Below, piece after piece: positions 40,126-49,721 of a DNA stretch of 64,000 nucleotides (the first letter of the stretch is position 1; each line of letters opens with the position of its first letter). The DNA comes from Thermodesulfobacteriota bacterium (GTDB lineage: Bacteria > Desulfobacterota > WTBG01 > JAGOGO01). The DNA lies in the NCBI GenBank assembly GCA_026625185.1, contig CP113000.1, forward strand, positions 855,161 through 919,160, given 5' to 3'. Position numbers and translations under genes: made by a program. Under the pieces are notes generated by a model that worked only from the letters and a program-made list of their open reading frames with translations, searched no databases and was not told the origin of the DNA.

Positions 40126-41577
40126 TTGCTTGATATAATTGAGGAGAACTATGGCATGAATGAACTTCTGTTTGATCCCGCAACGCACCGCAAAGCAGGT
40201 CGTCTTCTGGGAGAACTCCTGGCGAACTATGAAATTGATCTCTTGAATCAACCTGTGTTACCACAAATCAATCGAGACGCCATGCGAGCGATCCTTACTG
40301 AACCCCTCCCAGAAGAGGGAAAACCGCTTGAGGAACTGTTTCAAGAATTCCGAGATGTTGTTGTGCCAAATTCTACTCACGTGGCGCATCCGCGTTTTCT
40401 CCCTTACGTGCTTCCCTCACCAAATGGCATCTCAGCGTTTGCCGATGCCCTGGCAAGTACCCTCAATCAGAACTGTAATCTCTGGACGCTGTCACCTGCG
40501 GCAAATGCCATTGAACAACGCGTCATTTCCTGGTTTAACGAATTATTCTCGTTTCCCAAAGGCAGCGGCGGCATCATTACAAGCGGTGGCTCAATGGCTA
40601 ACCTGACGGCTCTTGCGGTAGCTCGCGATACGTATATCGGGAATACAGCGAGAACGGAAGGGGTTCAGGGGAGGACATCACCGCTGATACTCTATGTTTC
40701 AGAAGAGGTGCATAATAGTGTTGACAAAGCTGCCGTGATCCTTGGACTTGGGCTGAATAATGTTCGTCACATCCCGTGTGACTCGCAGTTTAGGATGTGT
40801 ATGGACCTCCTTAAAGATGCCATATTCCGAGATCGCCGTGAGGGCTTGAGCCCGTTCTGTGTGGTTGGCTCAGCCGGAACAGTCACGACAGGGGCGATTG
40901 ATCCGCTTGATACTCTGGCAGATTTTTGTGGAGAGGAACGCTTGTGGCTTCACATTGATGGGGCCTATGGCGCTCTAGCCATTCTCAGCGAAAGAATGCA
41001 GGCACAGTTATTGCCTGCAGGCCGAGCGCATTCGCTGTCACTCGACCCTCACAAATTACTCTTCAACCCTCTGGAGGCCGGATGTGTGCTTGTACGAAAT
41101 GCTGAAGACATGCGGTCAACGTATAGTTTCATTCCAAGCTATCTTTCGATGGTGTCTGACAGCGACTTTCTGAACTATGCGGAATATGGCCCGCAACTTT
41201 CACGGAGTTTTAAGGCCCTGAAGGTGTGGTGGTCATTACGAGCCTACGGACGAAAAGCGTATGCGAGGGCGATAGAGAATCTATTTGACCTTGCCTCATA
41301 TATGGGTGAACGGATTCAAGCCGAAGCAGAGTTGGAACTGGTGGCACCAGTCACGTTGAATGCGGTGTGTGTACGATGTCGCAATCTCACTGACTCCCAG
41401 AATGAGAGTGTGCTTGCACGCCTGCTATCCGAAGGGATAGCGTTCCTTGGCAGGGCACAGGTGAAGGGGAAGTTCTGTCTCCGAGCCTGTTTCATGAATT
41501 TACGAACAACGCGTGAGGATGTGGATCATATCCTTGAGGAGATGATCCGTTTCGGAGAAGAGGAACTTAGAAATTGA
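40126..41577 (+). CDS. PLP-dependent amino-acid decarboxylase (group II)
   Basis: The product has the S-x-S-x-DPHK lysine motif. GC content is visibly higher than in the flanks. Confidence 0.85.
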   Translation: MLDIIEENYGMNELLFDPATHRKAGRLLGELLANYEIDLLNQPVLPQINRDAMRAILTEPLPEEGKPLEELFQEFRDVVVPNSTHVAHPRFLPYVLPSPNGISAFADALASTLNQNCNLWTLSPAANAIEQRVISWFNELFSFPKGSGGIITSGGSMANLTALAVARDTYIGNTARTEGVQGRTSPLILYVSEEVHNSVDKAAVILGLGLNNVRHIPCDSQFRMCMDLLKDAIFRDRREGLSPFCVVGSAGTVTTGAIDPLDTLADFCGEERLWLHIDGAYGALAILSERMQAQLLPAGRAHSLSLDPHKLLFNPLEAGCVLVRNAEDMRSTYSFIPSYLSMVSDSDFLNYAEYGPQLSRSFKALKVWWSLRAYGRKAYARAIENLFDLASYMGERIQAEAELELVAPVTLNAVCVRCRNLTDSQNESVLARLLSEGIAFLGRAQVKGKFCLRACFMNLRTTREDVDHILEEMIRFGEEELRN

Positions 41578-41907
41578 ACAGTAGGTTGGATAAGATACTG
41601 TAAATAAATTGTTTCGCCTAACAAATGCGTGGAAGTGACTTTGGGGGCGCGCGCCAGTTTTAACTTACGTGCTTTCGGTAACGTTCAGTGGTGGTGTCAG
41701 CGTCGTTGCCCGTTGTCAGAGCGTCCCCAAAGCCCCTCACGCCGGTCGTTGGCCCAAATAATATAAATGAATAATATATACCCTGACATCGAGTGGTATA
41801 TCGGCATCAGTTGTGAAAAACAACTATCTCCTCACTGTCCCTTTGCGAACGTTCACAGATGCCCTCGTTATTAACAATCTCTCGCGTTGCTGGGCGTAAA
41901 AGGTCAA

Positions 41908-42387
41908 ATGACTGAAATACCTAAAGAAGAAGATACGGCACTTCTCAACAAATGGCAGTCTACAGACGTATGGCCGATAGTCAGAGAGCATGCGACAGCG
42001 ATTAGCGGGAGTAATTGGAAAAGTACTCATTATACGAATTTTTGTCCTGAAATAAGCTACGACAAATTTGGTTTATTCGCATCAATGCTTTGCACTTACA
42101 TCGATGAAATTGATAAAGAGGCAGCAGAGAAATTACTGATTGAAAACGGACGGTCGCAGGCAAAAGACTGGCGATGGAATTGGGCATATGTCGTACCTCT
42201 ACATTATTCGGAGTGCCCGATATATTCTCAACTGCCAGTTCAGTTCTCTGTTGCTACTCCTCCTCAGAATCATAAAGAGGAAATATTATCTGTCAAGCCT
42301 GGCATTTTCGGCGTATCAATTGATTTGCGTAGAAACAGCCGGGACGCCGCACAAATCACCCTTCAGCATCTATACATGACGAACTAA
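41908..42387 (+). CDS. Hypothetical protein
   Basis: The ORF is 160-166 aa with no motifs and is GC-rich like its neighbour. Confidence 0.35.
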   Translation: MTEIPKEEDTALLNKWQSTDVWPIVREHATAISGSNWKSTHYTNFCPEISYDKFGLFASMLCTYIDEIDKEAAEKLLIENGRSQAKDWRWNWAYVVPLHYSECPIYSQLPVQFSVATPPQNHKEEILSVKPGIFGVSIDLRRNSRDAAQITLQHLYMTN

Positions 42388-42588
42388 TTATTTGCGCATA
42401 CGTTACAACACCCTTCGACAAGCTCAGGGTGACCGGTCGTGGTGAGCCTGTCGAACCATGTGCAGGGTATTCTCTTGGCAATGATAGCCATGCGCAATTG
42501 TTTATAACGTTGTGTATAATAAAATTAAAAGATTATGAGATCCTGAATCAAGTTCAGGAATTATTTTTTTTATTACGTGGGTTTTATA

Positions 42589-43545
42589 ATGAAAGCACTA
42601 ATCTTTGATGGAAAAATCCGCATAGAAAAAAACCTCCCAATTCCGAGAAGAAAGCCTTTTGAGGCGCTCATCCGGGTCTTAAAAGCAGGAATTTGTCAGA
42701 CTGACTTGGAGATCATAAAAGGCTATCTTCATTTTCAAGGAATATTAGGGCATGAATTTGTTGGCATCATTGAGGAGAGCCAAAATCAAGAACTTTTAGG
42801 AAAAAGAGTGGTTGGGGAAATCAACCTTGCCTGTGGAAAGTGTATATATTGTCAAAAAAAAATGCCTTCCCACTGTAACGCCCGTTCAGTCTTAGGAATA
42901 AAAGATAAAAATGGTTGTTTTGCTGAATATATCACCCTGCCGATAGAAAATATTCACGTAATTCCTGATTCAATTTCTGACGATGAAGCAATCTTTGTAG
43001 AGCCTTTAGCTGCTGCCCTGCAAATCCTCACCCAAGTCCATATCCGACCTCAAGATGATGTCGTAATTTTAGGAGATGGCAGGTTAGGACAATTATGCGC
43101 CCAGGTCATGAGTCTAACCGGAGCCCAAGTACTGACAGTAGGAAACCATCTGAAAAAATTAAAGATCCTCAAAAAAAGGGGGATAAAAACTTGTAGATTT
43201 GATGAAATTTCCCAAAAAAAATCCGATGTTGTAATAGAATGCACTGGGTCTCCGGCTGGTTTCAACGCTGCCTTAAACTTGGTCCATCCGCGGGGGACCA
43301 TTGTTTTAAAGAGCACCTACGAAGTTAAACCATCAATAGATCTGGCGCCGATAGTCATTGATGAAATAACGATTATAGGGTCTCGCTGTGGTCCTTTTCC
43401 TCCCGCCATTCGTCTCTTAGAAAACAAAATCATTGATGTTCTCTCGCTTATCTCCCAAAGGTTTTCCCTCGATAACGCTCTTGTGGCTATCAAGGCGGCA
43501 CACCAGAAAGAAAACCTCAAGATCATCTTAGACATAAGCAAGTAA
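42589..43545 (+). CDS. Zn-dependent dehydrogenase (MDR; threonine/sorbitol dehydrogenase-like)
   Basis: The product has GICQTDLE..GHEFVG and a Rossmann GDGRLG motif. The ATG at 42589 (MKALIFDG) is the likely start. Confidence 0.8.
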   Translation: MKALIFDGKIRIEKNLPIPRRKPFEALIRVLKAGICQTDLEIIKGYLHFQGILGHEFVGIIEESQNQELLGKRVVGEINLACGKCIYCQKKMPSHCNARSVLGIKDKNGCFAEYITLPIENIHVIPDSISDDEAIFVEPLAAALQILTQVHIRPQDDVVILGDGRLGQLCAQVMSLTGAQVLTVGNHLKKLKILKKRGIKTCRFDEISQKKSDVVIECTGSPAGFNAALNLVHPRGTIVLKSTYEVKPSIDLAPIVIDEITIIGSRCGPFPPAIRLLENKIIDVLSLISQRFSLDNALVAIKAAHQKENLKIILDISK

Positions 43546-43578
43546 TGTAGTGATTCAGAAATGTCTTAGCTTTACTTG

Positions 43579-43642
43579 TCATTCCGGGCTTGACCCGGAA
43601 TCCAGTGTTTTTGGGCTGGATTCCCGCTTTCGCGGGAATGAC
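43579..43642. repeat. REPIN-like doublet of two inverted REP elements (GTCATTCCGGGCTTGACCCGGAATCCAG / CTGGATTCCCGCTTTCGCGGGAATGAC)
   Basis: The two copies are mutually inverted and the same family occurs at 45338-45439. Confidence 0.55.
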
Positions 43643-43761
43643 GGCCCCGGAATTTATGTAAAGAAGTGTTAGATTCGCTACACTAAGAGGGTAATAGCAG
43701 CGGCTTAGATCAGGGAAGATATTTTATCTTTCTGATGATTTTATCAACACAATGTATTTCG

Positions 43762-43791
43762 TTGACAAATAAATACAATATATGGTAGAAT
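43762..43791 (+). promoter_or_regulatory. Near-consensus sigma70 promoter (TTGACA, 18 nt spacer, TAGAAT)
   Basis: It drives the small ORF at 43870, which has a GAGGAGGAG ribosome-binding site. Confidence 0.4.
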
Positions 43792-43869
43792 TTAAAAAAT
43801 TAACTGAACAGAGTTTTCAAATAAATGGTATAAAATTTCGGAAAATCAAGAGGAGGAGATAAAAAAACC

Positions 43870-44076
43870 ATGGGAAGCTTAATTCTTGATTTCCAACATA
43901 AAGTTAATCCGTTGCATATCTATTGTCGGCTTCTTGACAAAGGGTTTGCCCCGCGAATTTCTCTCCGTCTAAGTCGTTGTTATGAAATTTTAATTTATAA
44001 GTGGCTATCCCCTCTGACTTTTTTTTTAATCTTCTTTTATCGATCAGTTAAAAAAAATAAAATTTCGAAGAATTAA
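43870..44076 (+). CDS. Small protein (68 aa), hydrophobic C-terminus
   Basis: It has a strong promoter and ribosome-binding site. No family was recognised. Confidence 0.4.
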   Translation: MGSLILDFQHKVNPLHIYCRLLDKGFAPRISLRLSRCYEILIYKWLSPLTFFLIFFYRSVKKNKISKN

Positions 44077-44092
44077 TCTGCCGAAAATATTT

Positions 44093-45001
44093 TTACGGTG
44101 GGCATTGGGCACAGATCGAGGTAAAAAGAGCAGTACTAAGATATCTGTCACCACGATCAGGGAAAAGCACCACTATCGTTCCTGACCTCATTGATTGAGC
44201 GAACTTCAAAGCGCCCGCCAAAGCGGCTCCACTGCTCATTCCCACAAAGATGCCTTCTTCCACCGCCAACTGCCTGGCCATACTAAAGGCAGGTTCATCA
44301 TCAATGATGATTCGTTCGTCAAGTTTTTTAGGGTTAAAAATTTTAGGAACAATAGACTCCTGCATATTTTTTAATCCCTGAATTCGATGCCCTAAAGTCG
44401 GCTCAATTCCAACAATTTTAATTTTGGAATTAAATTCTTTCAACCGCTGTCCTGTTCCCATTAAGGTAGCGGTTGTTCCCATCCCTGCCACGAATGCATC
44501 AATCTCCCCTTTCGTTTGTTCGATAATTTCCGGGGCGGTTCCTTCATAATGAGCTTTTACATTATTGGGATTGGAATATTGGTCGGGCATGTAATAGATG
44601 CCAGGATGGTTTTCAAAAATCTGGTAGGCCCGGCGAATCGCGCCATCTACCCCTTGATTTGCCGGACTAAGTTCAATTTCGGTGCCAAACGCCTCCAAAA
44701 TCCTTCGCCTTTCTTCGCTCACGCATGCTGGCATGACCAGTTTTGCTTTATATCCTTTGGCGGCTGCAACCATGGCCAGACCAATGCCCGTATTCCCGGA
44801 TGTTGGCTCTAATATAATTTTATCCTTCGTGAGTTCACCGCTTTTTTCGGCTTTTTCTACCATACATAAGGCCGGACGATCTTTGACAGAACCCCCAGGA
44901 TTAGATCCCTCCAGTTTAGCCAAAATCCTAACCTTTTTGTGGGGATTAATTTTATTGATTTCAACCAGCGGGGTTTTCCCGATTAACTTTAAAATACTCA
45001 T
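44093..45001 (-). CDS. cysK: Cysteine synthase (CysK/CysM, PLP-dependent)
   Basis: The product has KLEGSNPGGSVKDR and SGNTGIGLA. Confidence 0.9.
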   Translation of the reverse strand: MSILKLIGKTPLVEINKINPHKKVRILAKLEGSNPGGSVKDRPALCMVEKAEKSGELTKDKIILEPTSGNTGIGLAMVAAAKGYKAKLVMPACVSEERRRILEAFGTEIELSPANQGVDGAIRRAYQIFENHPGIYYMPDQYSNPNNVKAHYEGTAPEIIEQTKGEIDAFVAGMGTTATLMGTGQRLKEFNSKIKIVGIEPTLGHRIQGLKNMQESIVPKIFNPKKLDERIIIDDEPAFSMARQLAVEEGIFVGMSSGAALAGALKFAQSMRSGTIVVLFPDRGDRYLSTALFTSICAQCPP

Positions 45002-45337
45002 TTTTTCCCTTACGCTTAACGTTTTGATGTGTTGTTTATTAAACCTCTGGAATTCAGAGTTGTTTTTTTATAAAATATTTTAGGAAAATATACAAAGAAA
45101 CAAGTAAAATAACAAAATATTTTTTTATTAGTTTAATTTTTATAAATTTTTCTGCAAATTTTTCCTGACATCGGTAAAATTCCGGGAGGTGTGGGATCGT
45201 CTTTTTTTGAGTCTGTCTTCTTGCCATTATCCCTTGGAATTTTTCACCCCCATAGAACTGCCCGGTTAGATTCCCAAGATAATGAACGACCTAAATAAAG
45301 AGGCATTCTTTTTTTGTCATGCCGTGGCTCCGTTATT

Positions 45338-45439
45338 GTCATTCCGCACTTGATTCGGAATCCGGGGGGCAGGTAACAAGTGGTTCAGTTTTATCGCTTC
45401 ATGAATCACCCTTCTGGATTCCCGCCTTCGCTGGAATGA
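45338..45439. repeat. REPIN-like doublet (GTCATTCCGCACTTGATTCGGAATCCGG ... CTGGATTCCCGCCTTCGCTGGAATGAC)
   Basis: The arms are inverted and of the same family as 43579-43642. Confidence 0.55.
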
Positions 45440-45558
45440 CGCTTTTGGGATACTACCCATAAAGAGAACACATCTTCTATGCCAACTTATTTAGGACGTC
45501 TTAGTGGACGAGGGACAAACAATTTGACATAGGGGTTTAGAGAGGAGGGCATCCCGTC

Positions 45559-45660
45559 ATGCCAAGGAAACCAAGACGTTTGCTCCCGGAGTGCTCCATC
45601 ATGTTATGGGCCGGCCGGGGGATAGCAAGGCAGCGATTGCCTGGTTTCTTGGGATAACGA
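45559..45660 (+). pseudogene. Remnant N-terminus of a REP-associated tyrosine transposase (RAYT / IS200-like)
   Basis: MPRKPRRLLPE... resembles the RAYT start MPRxPRxxLPG. The ORF is 33 codons, has a ribosome-binding site and lies next to REPINs. Confidence 0.3.
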
Positions 45661-45935
45661 CCTCAGCGGTTAATCGGTTGGCAAACTCAGAGGGATTGCC
45701 AGAGACAGAGAAATATATTAAGTTGTTTTAGTCCCTACGTCCCCTTTTATCCCCGAACCAATGGGGAAAAGGATTGCCAAAAAGGTCAATGGGGTGATCA
45801 CAGAAAGGTATCCTTGGCAAGGGTTGACTCGATTGCTTGCCGTCTAGGGTGGTTCAAATAATCGCATGATACCGTTCAATTATGGAAATGGCCGTATGAT
45901 TATTTTTCCCAGATGCGCTTCTCGGAGAAAACCGC

Positions 45936-47285
45936 TTAGGCGATCTTTTCTTCGGGGTTGATGGGATTGACCACCAGGCCGCTTAAAAGCTTGGGAATAA
46001 AGTAGGTTGATTTTTGCGGCATAACTTCCCTCTGGGCAACAACATCACTTACCTGTTCAATCCGGGTTGGATTAAGCAGAAAGGCTACTTCGCACACGCC
46101 GGTTTTCACCAGCTCGACTGCCTCGCGCTCAGTATGTACAAACGTGAAATTATCTTCCCAGCGGGGATCATTGCAGGTTATCCCCATGAGGGTATTAAAC
46201 ACCAGAAATTCCATGATGGTTACATCAAGATAGCGCAGCGCTTTGGACAGGTCCTGGCGGATAACTTTATCCATCAGGGAAAAATCCTTGAGCCGCAAGA
46301 GAAAATAGCCGCCCTGCTTCTTGGTCACCATTCCAAGCATGAACCGTTCTTTCGCTTCTTTTTTCATGGCGGCTAACACCTTTTCACGTTCACGTTCTTC
46401 GGTTTCAGAAGCAAAGGGGAAGACTTGGATATCAAAAAATTCCTGCGCCTTGTTTAAAAATTCGGTTGCGTTAAAATTAAGATTTTTAAGTAACCGATGG
46501 GTAGGCAGGATCACCAAACCCGCATCATCCATGTTGGTAAAATACATCAGGGTGTAGTTAAACGGTTCGGCGCCCGTTGAGCCGGGATACTTCTCCCGCA
46601 TAATTTTTTGGTAATTAAGCGCGGTCTCATACCGGTGGTGTCCGTCGGCAATTAATACTTTTTTATCGTGCAGTACTTGTTCTATTTCCTTGATTACTTC
46701 CGGGTCATCCACAACCCACAGTTTATGGCGAACACCATTTTCATCCATGACATCAAGATAAGGAGACTTTTCCCCAGCCGCATCACAATGACGCTCAATC
46801 GTAAACGAAGGATCTGAGTAAAGAGAAAAAACCGGGTTAAAATTAGCCCGGCACGCCCTGGTGAGGTTAAGGCGGTCAGCCTTGGGTTTGCTCAGCGTTC
46901 TTTCGTGGGGAAGGATCACGCCGGAACTAAACTCCTCCAGCTTAAAAAGACAAACAAACCCTTTCCTTCTCCGGGATTCACCCGAAGGAAGCTTAAAATC
47001 CTGGACATAAAAAAAGATCGCCGGCTTGGGAGTCCGAACCAGTGTGGCATCCTTCTGCCAGGTTGCTAAAAAATCAGCGGCCCGGGTATACCGGTTGTTC
47101 ATTTCATTGTCATCAGGCTCCTGTTTTCCTAAATCTAACCGGATAATATTGAGCGGATGTTTTTTGTAATAATAGTCCTGCTGCTCGGCGTTAATAACAT
47201 CATACGGAGGAGCGACCACCAGCTCTAGATCTGCAATTTTTTCTTTGTTGTAAAGATAGCCGCGAAAAGGTTTTATAATAGCCAT
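45936..47285 (-). CDS. DUF1015 family protein
   Basis: The N-terminal MAIIKPFRGYLYN...VVAPPYDVI matches DUF1015. Confidence 0.8.
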   Translation of the reverse strand: MAIIKPFRGYLYNKEKIADLELVVAPPYDVINAEQQDYYYKKHPLNIIRLDLGKQEPDDNEMNNRYTRAADFLATWQKDATLVRTPKPAIFFYVQDFKLPSGESRRRKGFVCLFKLEEFSSGVILPHERTLSKPKADRLNLTRACRANFNPVFSLYSDPSFTIERHCDAAGEKSPYLDVMDENGVRHKLWVVDDPEVIKEIEQVLHDKKVLIADGHHRYETALNYQKIMREKYPGSTGAEPFNYTLMYFTNMDDAGLVILPTHRLLKNLNFNATEFLNKAQEFFDIQVFPFASETEEREREKVLAAMKKEAKERFMLGMVTKKQGGYFLLRLKDFSLMDKVIRQDLSKALRYLDVTIMEFLVFNTLMGITCNDPRWEDNFTFVHTEREAVELVKTGVCEVAFLLNPTRIEQVSDVVAQREVMPQKSTYFIPKLLSGLVVNPINPEEKIA

Positions 47286-47375
47286 GGAAGAAAAATTCCT
47301 TTAAAATAAAAGTTGTTAAAAAAATATCGTAACTTATTATCATACGACAAATCTTAGTTCAAGGATTTTATCATC

Positions 47376-48680
47376 ATGCGGGTTGCCATTGCCACCTTCG
47401 GCTGCAAAGTCAATCAATATGACTCGGAAATAATGAGGGAAAATCTGGAAGAGAAAGGTTTTGCCCTAGTCCCTTTTTCTGAAGCCGCAGATATTTACAT
47501 GATAAACACTTGCACGGTCACCGGAAAAACCGACTTCCAGGCCCGCCAGATGGTAAGGCGCGCCCATCGAAACAACCCGGACGCAAAAATTGTGGTGACC
47601 GGCTGTTACGCTCAGGCCGCGCCCGAAGACTTGAAAAAAATTCCCGGGGTGTCCCTGGTAATCGGGAATCACGAAAAATGGGAAATCGGGACCCTGCTCT
47701 CAGAATCGGAAAAAATCCCTTCCTCCGGCATCATGGTAACCCCGATAGGAGAAGAACTGTTCTTCCCTGAGAAAAAAATTAAAAAGTTCTCCGCTAAAAC
47801 AAGATTTTTTTTAAAAATTCAGGATGGTTGCAACGCTTGCTGTTCATACTGCATCGTTCCCCACGTAAGAGGGAAAAGCCGGAGCATGACCCCCAAAACC
47901 GTTTTAGATTTTCTTAGCACTATTGGTTCATCGGGGTATAAGGAGGCAGTCCTTACCGGAATCCACCTCGGAGCCTATGGACTTGACCTATCTCCCCAAA
48001 CTTCGTTATTAAACCTTCTTCAAAAAATCGAAAAACAAATGTCTGTTCCCCGTGTTCGCTTAAGCTCCATCGAACCTAATGAAATAAACCAAGAACTGAT
48101 TGACTTTCTGGCTGATTCCACGATCTTCTGCCCTCACCTCCACCTTCCGCTTCAAAGTGGAGACAATACTATCTTGCGAAAAATGAATCGGCCTTATTCC
48201 GCTCTAAATTTTCACTCTTTAGTTTTGAGATTAAAAAATGCTATTAAGGACCTGGCCATCGGCGCGGATGTGATCGTCGGTTTTCCCGGAGAAGGGAACG
48301 AAGAGTTTTCTCAAACCCTGCGACTACTCGAAGAATTACCTATCACCTACCTCCATGTTTTTCCTTTTTCACCGCGAAAAGGGACCACGGCTTTTAGTTT
48401 TCCCAATAAAGTAAAAGGCGATGCTGTTAAAACAAGGAGTGAAATTTTAAGACGGTTAAGCAAAAAAAAACGGGAAAGTTTTTACCGATCGTATCTCAAC
48501 AAAAAATTACCCATCCTGATTGAAGCCCGACGGCATCGAAAGACCGGCCTGCTCAAAGGCTTATCCCGAAATTACCTCTCGGTTCTAATAGAAGGCAGTG
48601 ATAACTTAATGAATCAAGAAATAACGGTTCGCATTACTTCCGTAGAAGGGGAAGAAATAAAAGGGGAGATAGCACAATAA
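47376..48680 (+). CDS. mtaB: Radical SAM methylthiotransferase, MtaB/MiaB family, with a TRAM domain
   Basis: The product has the UPF0004 N-domain with Cys motifs, CxxxCxxC (CNACCSYC) and a C-terminal TRAM domain. Confidence 0.8.
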   Translation: MRVAIATFGCKVNQYDSEIMRENLEEKGFALVPFSEAADIYMINTCTVTGKTDFQARQMVRRAHRNNPDAKIVVTGCYAQAAPEDLKKIPGVSLVIGNHEKWEIGTLLSESEKIPSSGIMVTPIGEELFFPEKKIKKFSAKTRFFLKIQDGCNACCSYCIVPHVRGKSRSMTPKTVLDFLSTIGSSGYKEAVLTGIHLGAYGLDLSPQTSLLNLLQKIEKQMSVPRVRLSSIEPNEINQELIDFLADSTIFCPHLHLPLQSGDNTILRKMNRPYSALNFHSLVLRLKNAIKDLAIGADVIVGFPGEGNEEFSQTLRLLEELPITYLHVFPFSPRKGTTAFSFPNKVKGDAVKTRSEILRRLSKKKRESFYRSYLNKKLPILIEARRHRKTGLLKGLSRNYLSVLIEGSDNLMNQEITVRITSVEGEEIKGEIAQ

Positions 48681-48805
48681 CTACTGCCCTGTTACTTTTC
48701 GTAATCGCTGTCAGGAAAGAACCTCCCGCTTTTTCTTGACTTTTCCTCTCAATAACATTAAAGAAAAAAGAAATCTTTAACCCCAAAAGGGGATACTTTC
48801 TTATC

Positions 48806-49108
48806 ATGAAAAAACAGTTGCATTCAGTGTATCCCGGAGAAGTCCTCTTGGAAGAATTTCTAAAGCCCATGGGTATAAGCCAGAATAGACTCGCCTTAAA
48901 TATCGTGGTGCCGGCACGAAGAATAAACGAGATTGTTCTTGGGAAACGAAGCGTCACGGCGGATACCGCCCTGAGACTTGCGAAGTTCTTCGGCGCCTCT
49001 GCCGAATTCTGGCTGGGATTGCAGGCGCAATACGACCTGGATGTTACTGCCGAGGCGCTGGGAGAACGACTGGAGCGTGAAGTCGAAAGACAGGCTCACG
49101 CCAGATAA
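48806..49108 (+). CDS. higA: HigA-type antitoxin-like HTH (XRE) regulator
   Basis: VYPGEVLLEEFLKPMGISQNRLALNIVVPARRINEIV.GKR.VTADTALRLAKFFG matches the HigA family. There is no higB nearby. Confidence 0.75.
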   Translation: MKKQLHSVYPGEVLLEEFLKPMGISQNRLALNIVVPARRINEIVLGKRSVTADTALRLAKFFGASAEFWLGLQAQYDLDVTAEALGERLEREVERQAHAR

Positions 49109-49152
49109 TAAAGTGGGACATTTTTTTTGGGAAACAGCCCCAGGGACACGTT

Positions 49153-49169
49153 TTATGCAGTCTGTATAA
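49153..49169. promoter_or_regulatory. Third copy of the palindromic operator (TTATGCAGtCTGTATAA) overlapping TATAAT
   Basis: It is a near-perfect inverted repeat. It lies between higA and the small acidic gene, and a second consensus promoter (TTGACC-16-TATAAT) follows at 49190-49218. Confidence 0.4.
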
Positions 49170-49307
49170 TCATTGTTCTGCCCCTAAAATTGACCAAAAA
49201 TTATAATTTTGTATAATGAATGAAAATTCGTTTTTACATTGATAAAAAAACCGGGCTTCCTCACATTTACAGACATAAGGTGCGGGAAGCCGAAGGAGAC
49301 AAAAACG

Positions 49308-49505
49308 ATGAAACAAAGTAGATTCCCAAAAGGATGGGACGAGGAGCGCGTCAAGCGCGTTCTTGATCATTACGAAAATCAAACTGAGGTTGAAGCCGTT
49401 GCCGAAGACGAAGCTGCTTGGGAAGATGCATCACAGACTTTCGTCGAAGTGCCGAATGAACTTGTCCCTGCCGTTCGACGGTTACTTGCAAAAAAAGTAG
49501 CCTGA
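49308..49505 (+). CDS. Small acidic conserved protein (65 aa), antitoxin-like
   Basis: It has a GAAGGAG ribosome-binding site. The product MKQSRFPKGWDEERVKRVLDHYENQTEVEAVAEDEAAWED resembles a widespread small-protein family. Confidence 0.5.
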   Translation: MKQSRFPKGWDEERVKRVLDHYENQTEVEAVAEDEAAWEDASQTFVEVPNELVPAVRRLLAKKVA

Positions 49506-49721
49506 TTTTTATTAAACAAGGGAAAACGTTTAACCCAAAAAAGGGATATCTTCTTATTGTGAAAAAAGGTAGCGAGTAAGAAAGCTTTCAAAATTAGTGA
49601 GCATACACAAAGGCCGGATTGCCTGATAACAAGGTGAGAGGCCTTTTTTTTTGCGAGACAGGATACACAATAACACATTTTTTAATTAATCTGCTTTATA
49701 CTTGTTAGGGGTAAATAAAAA

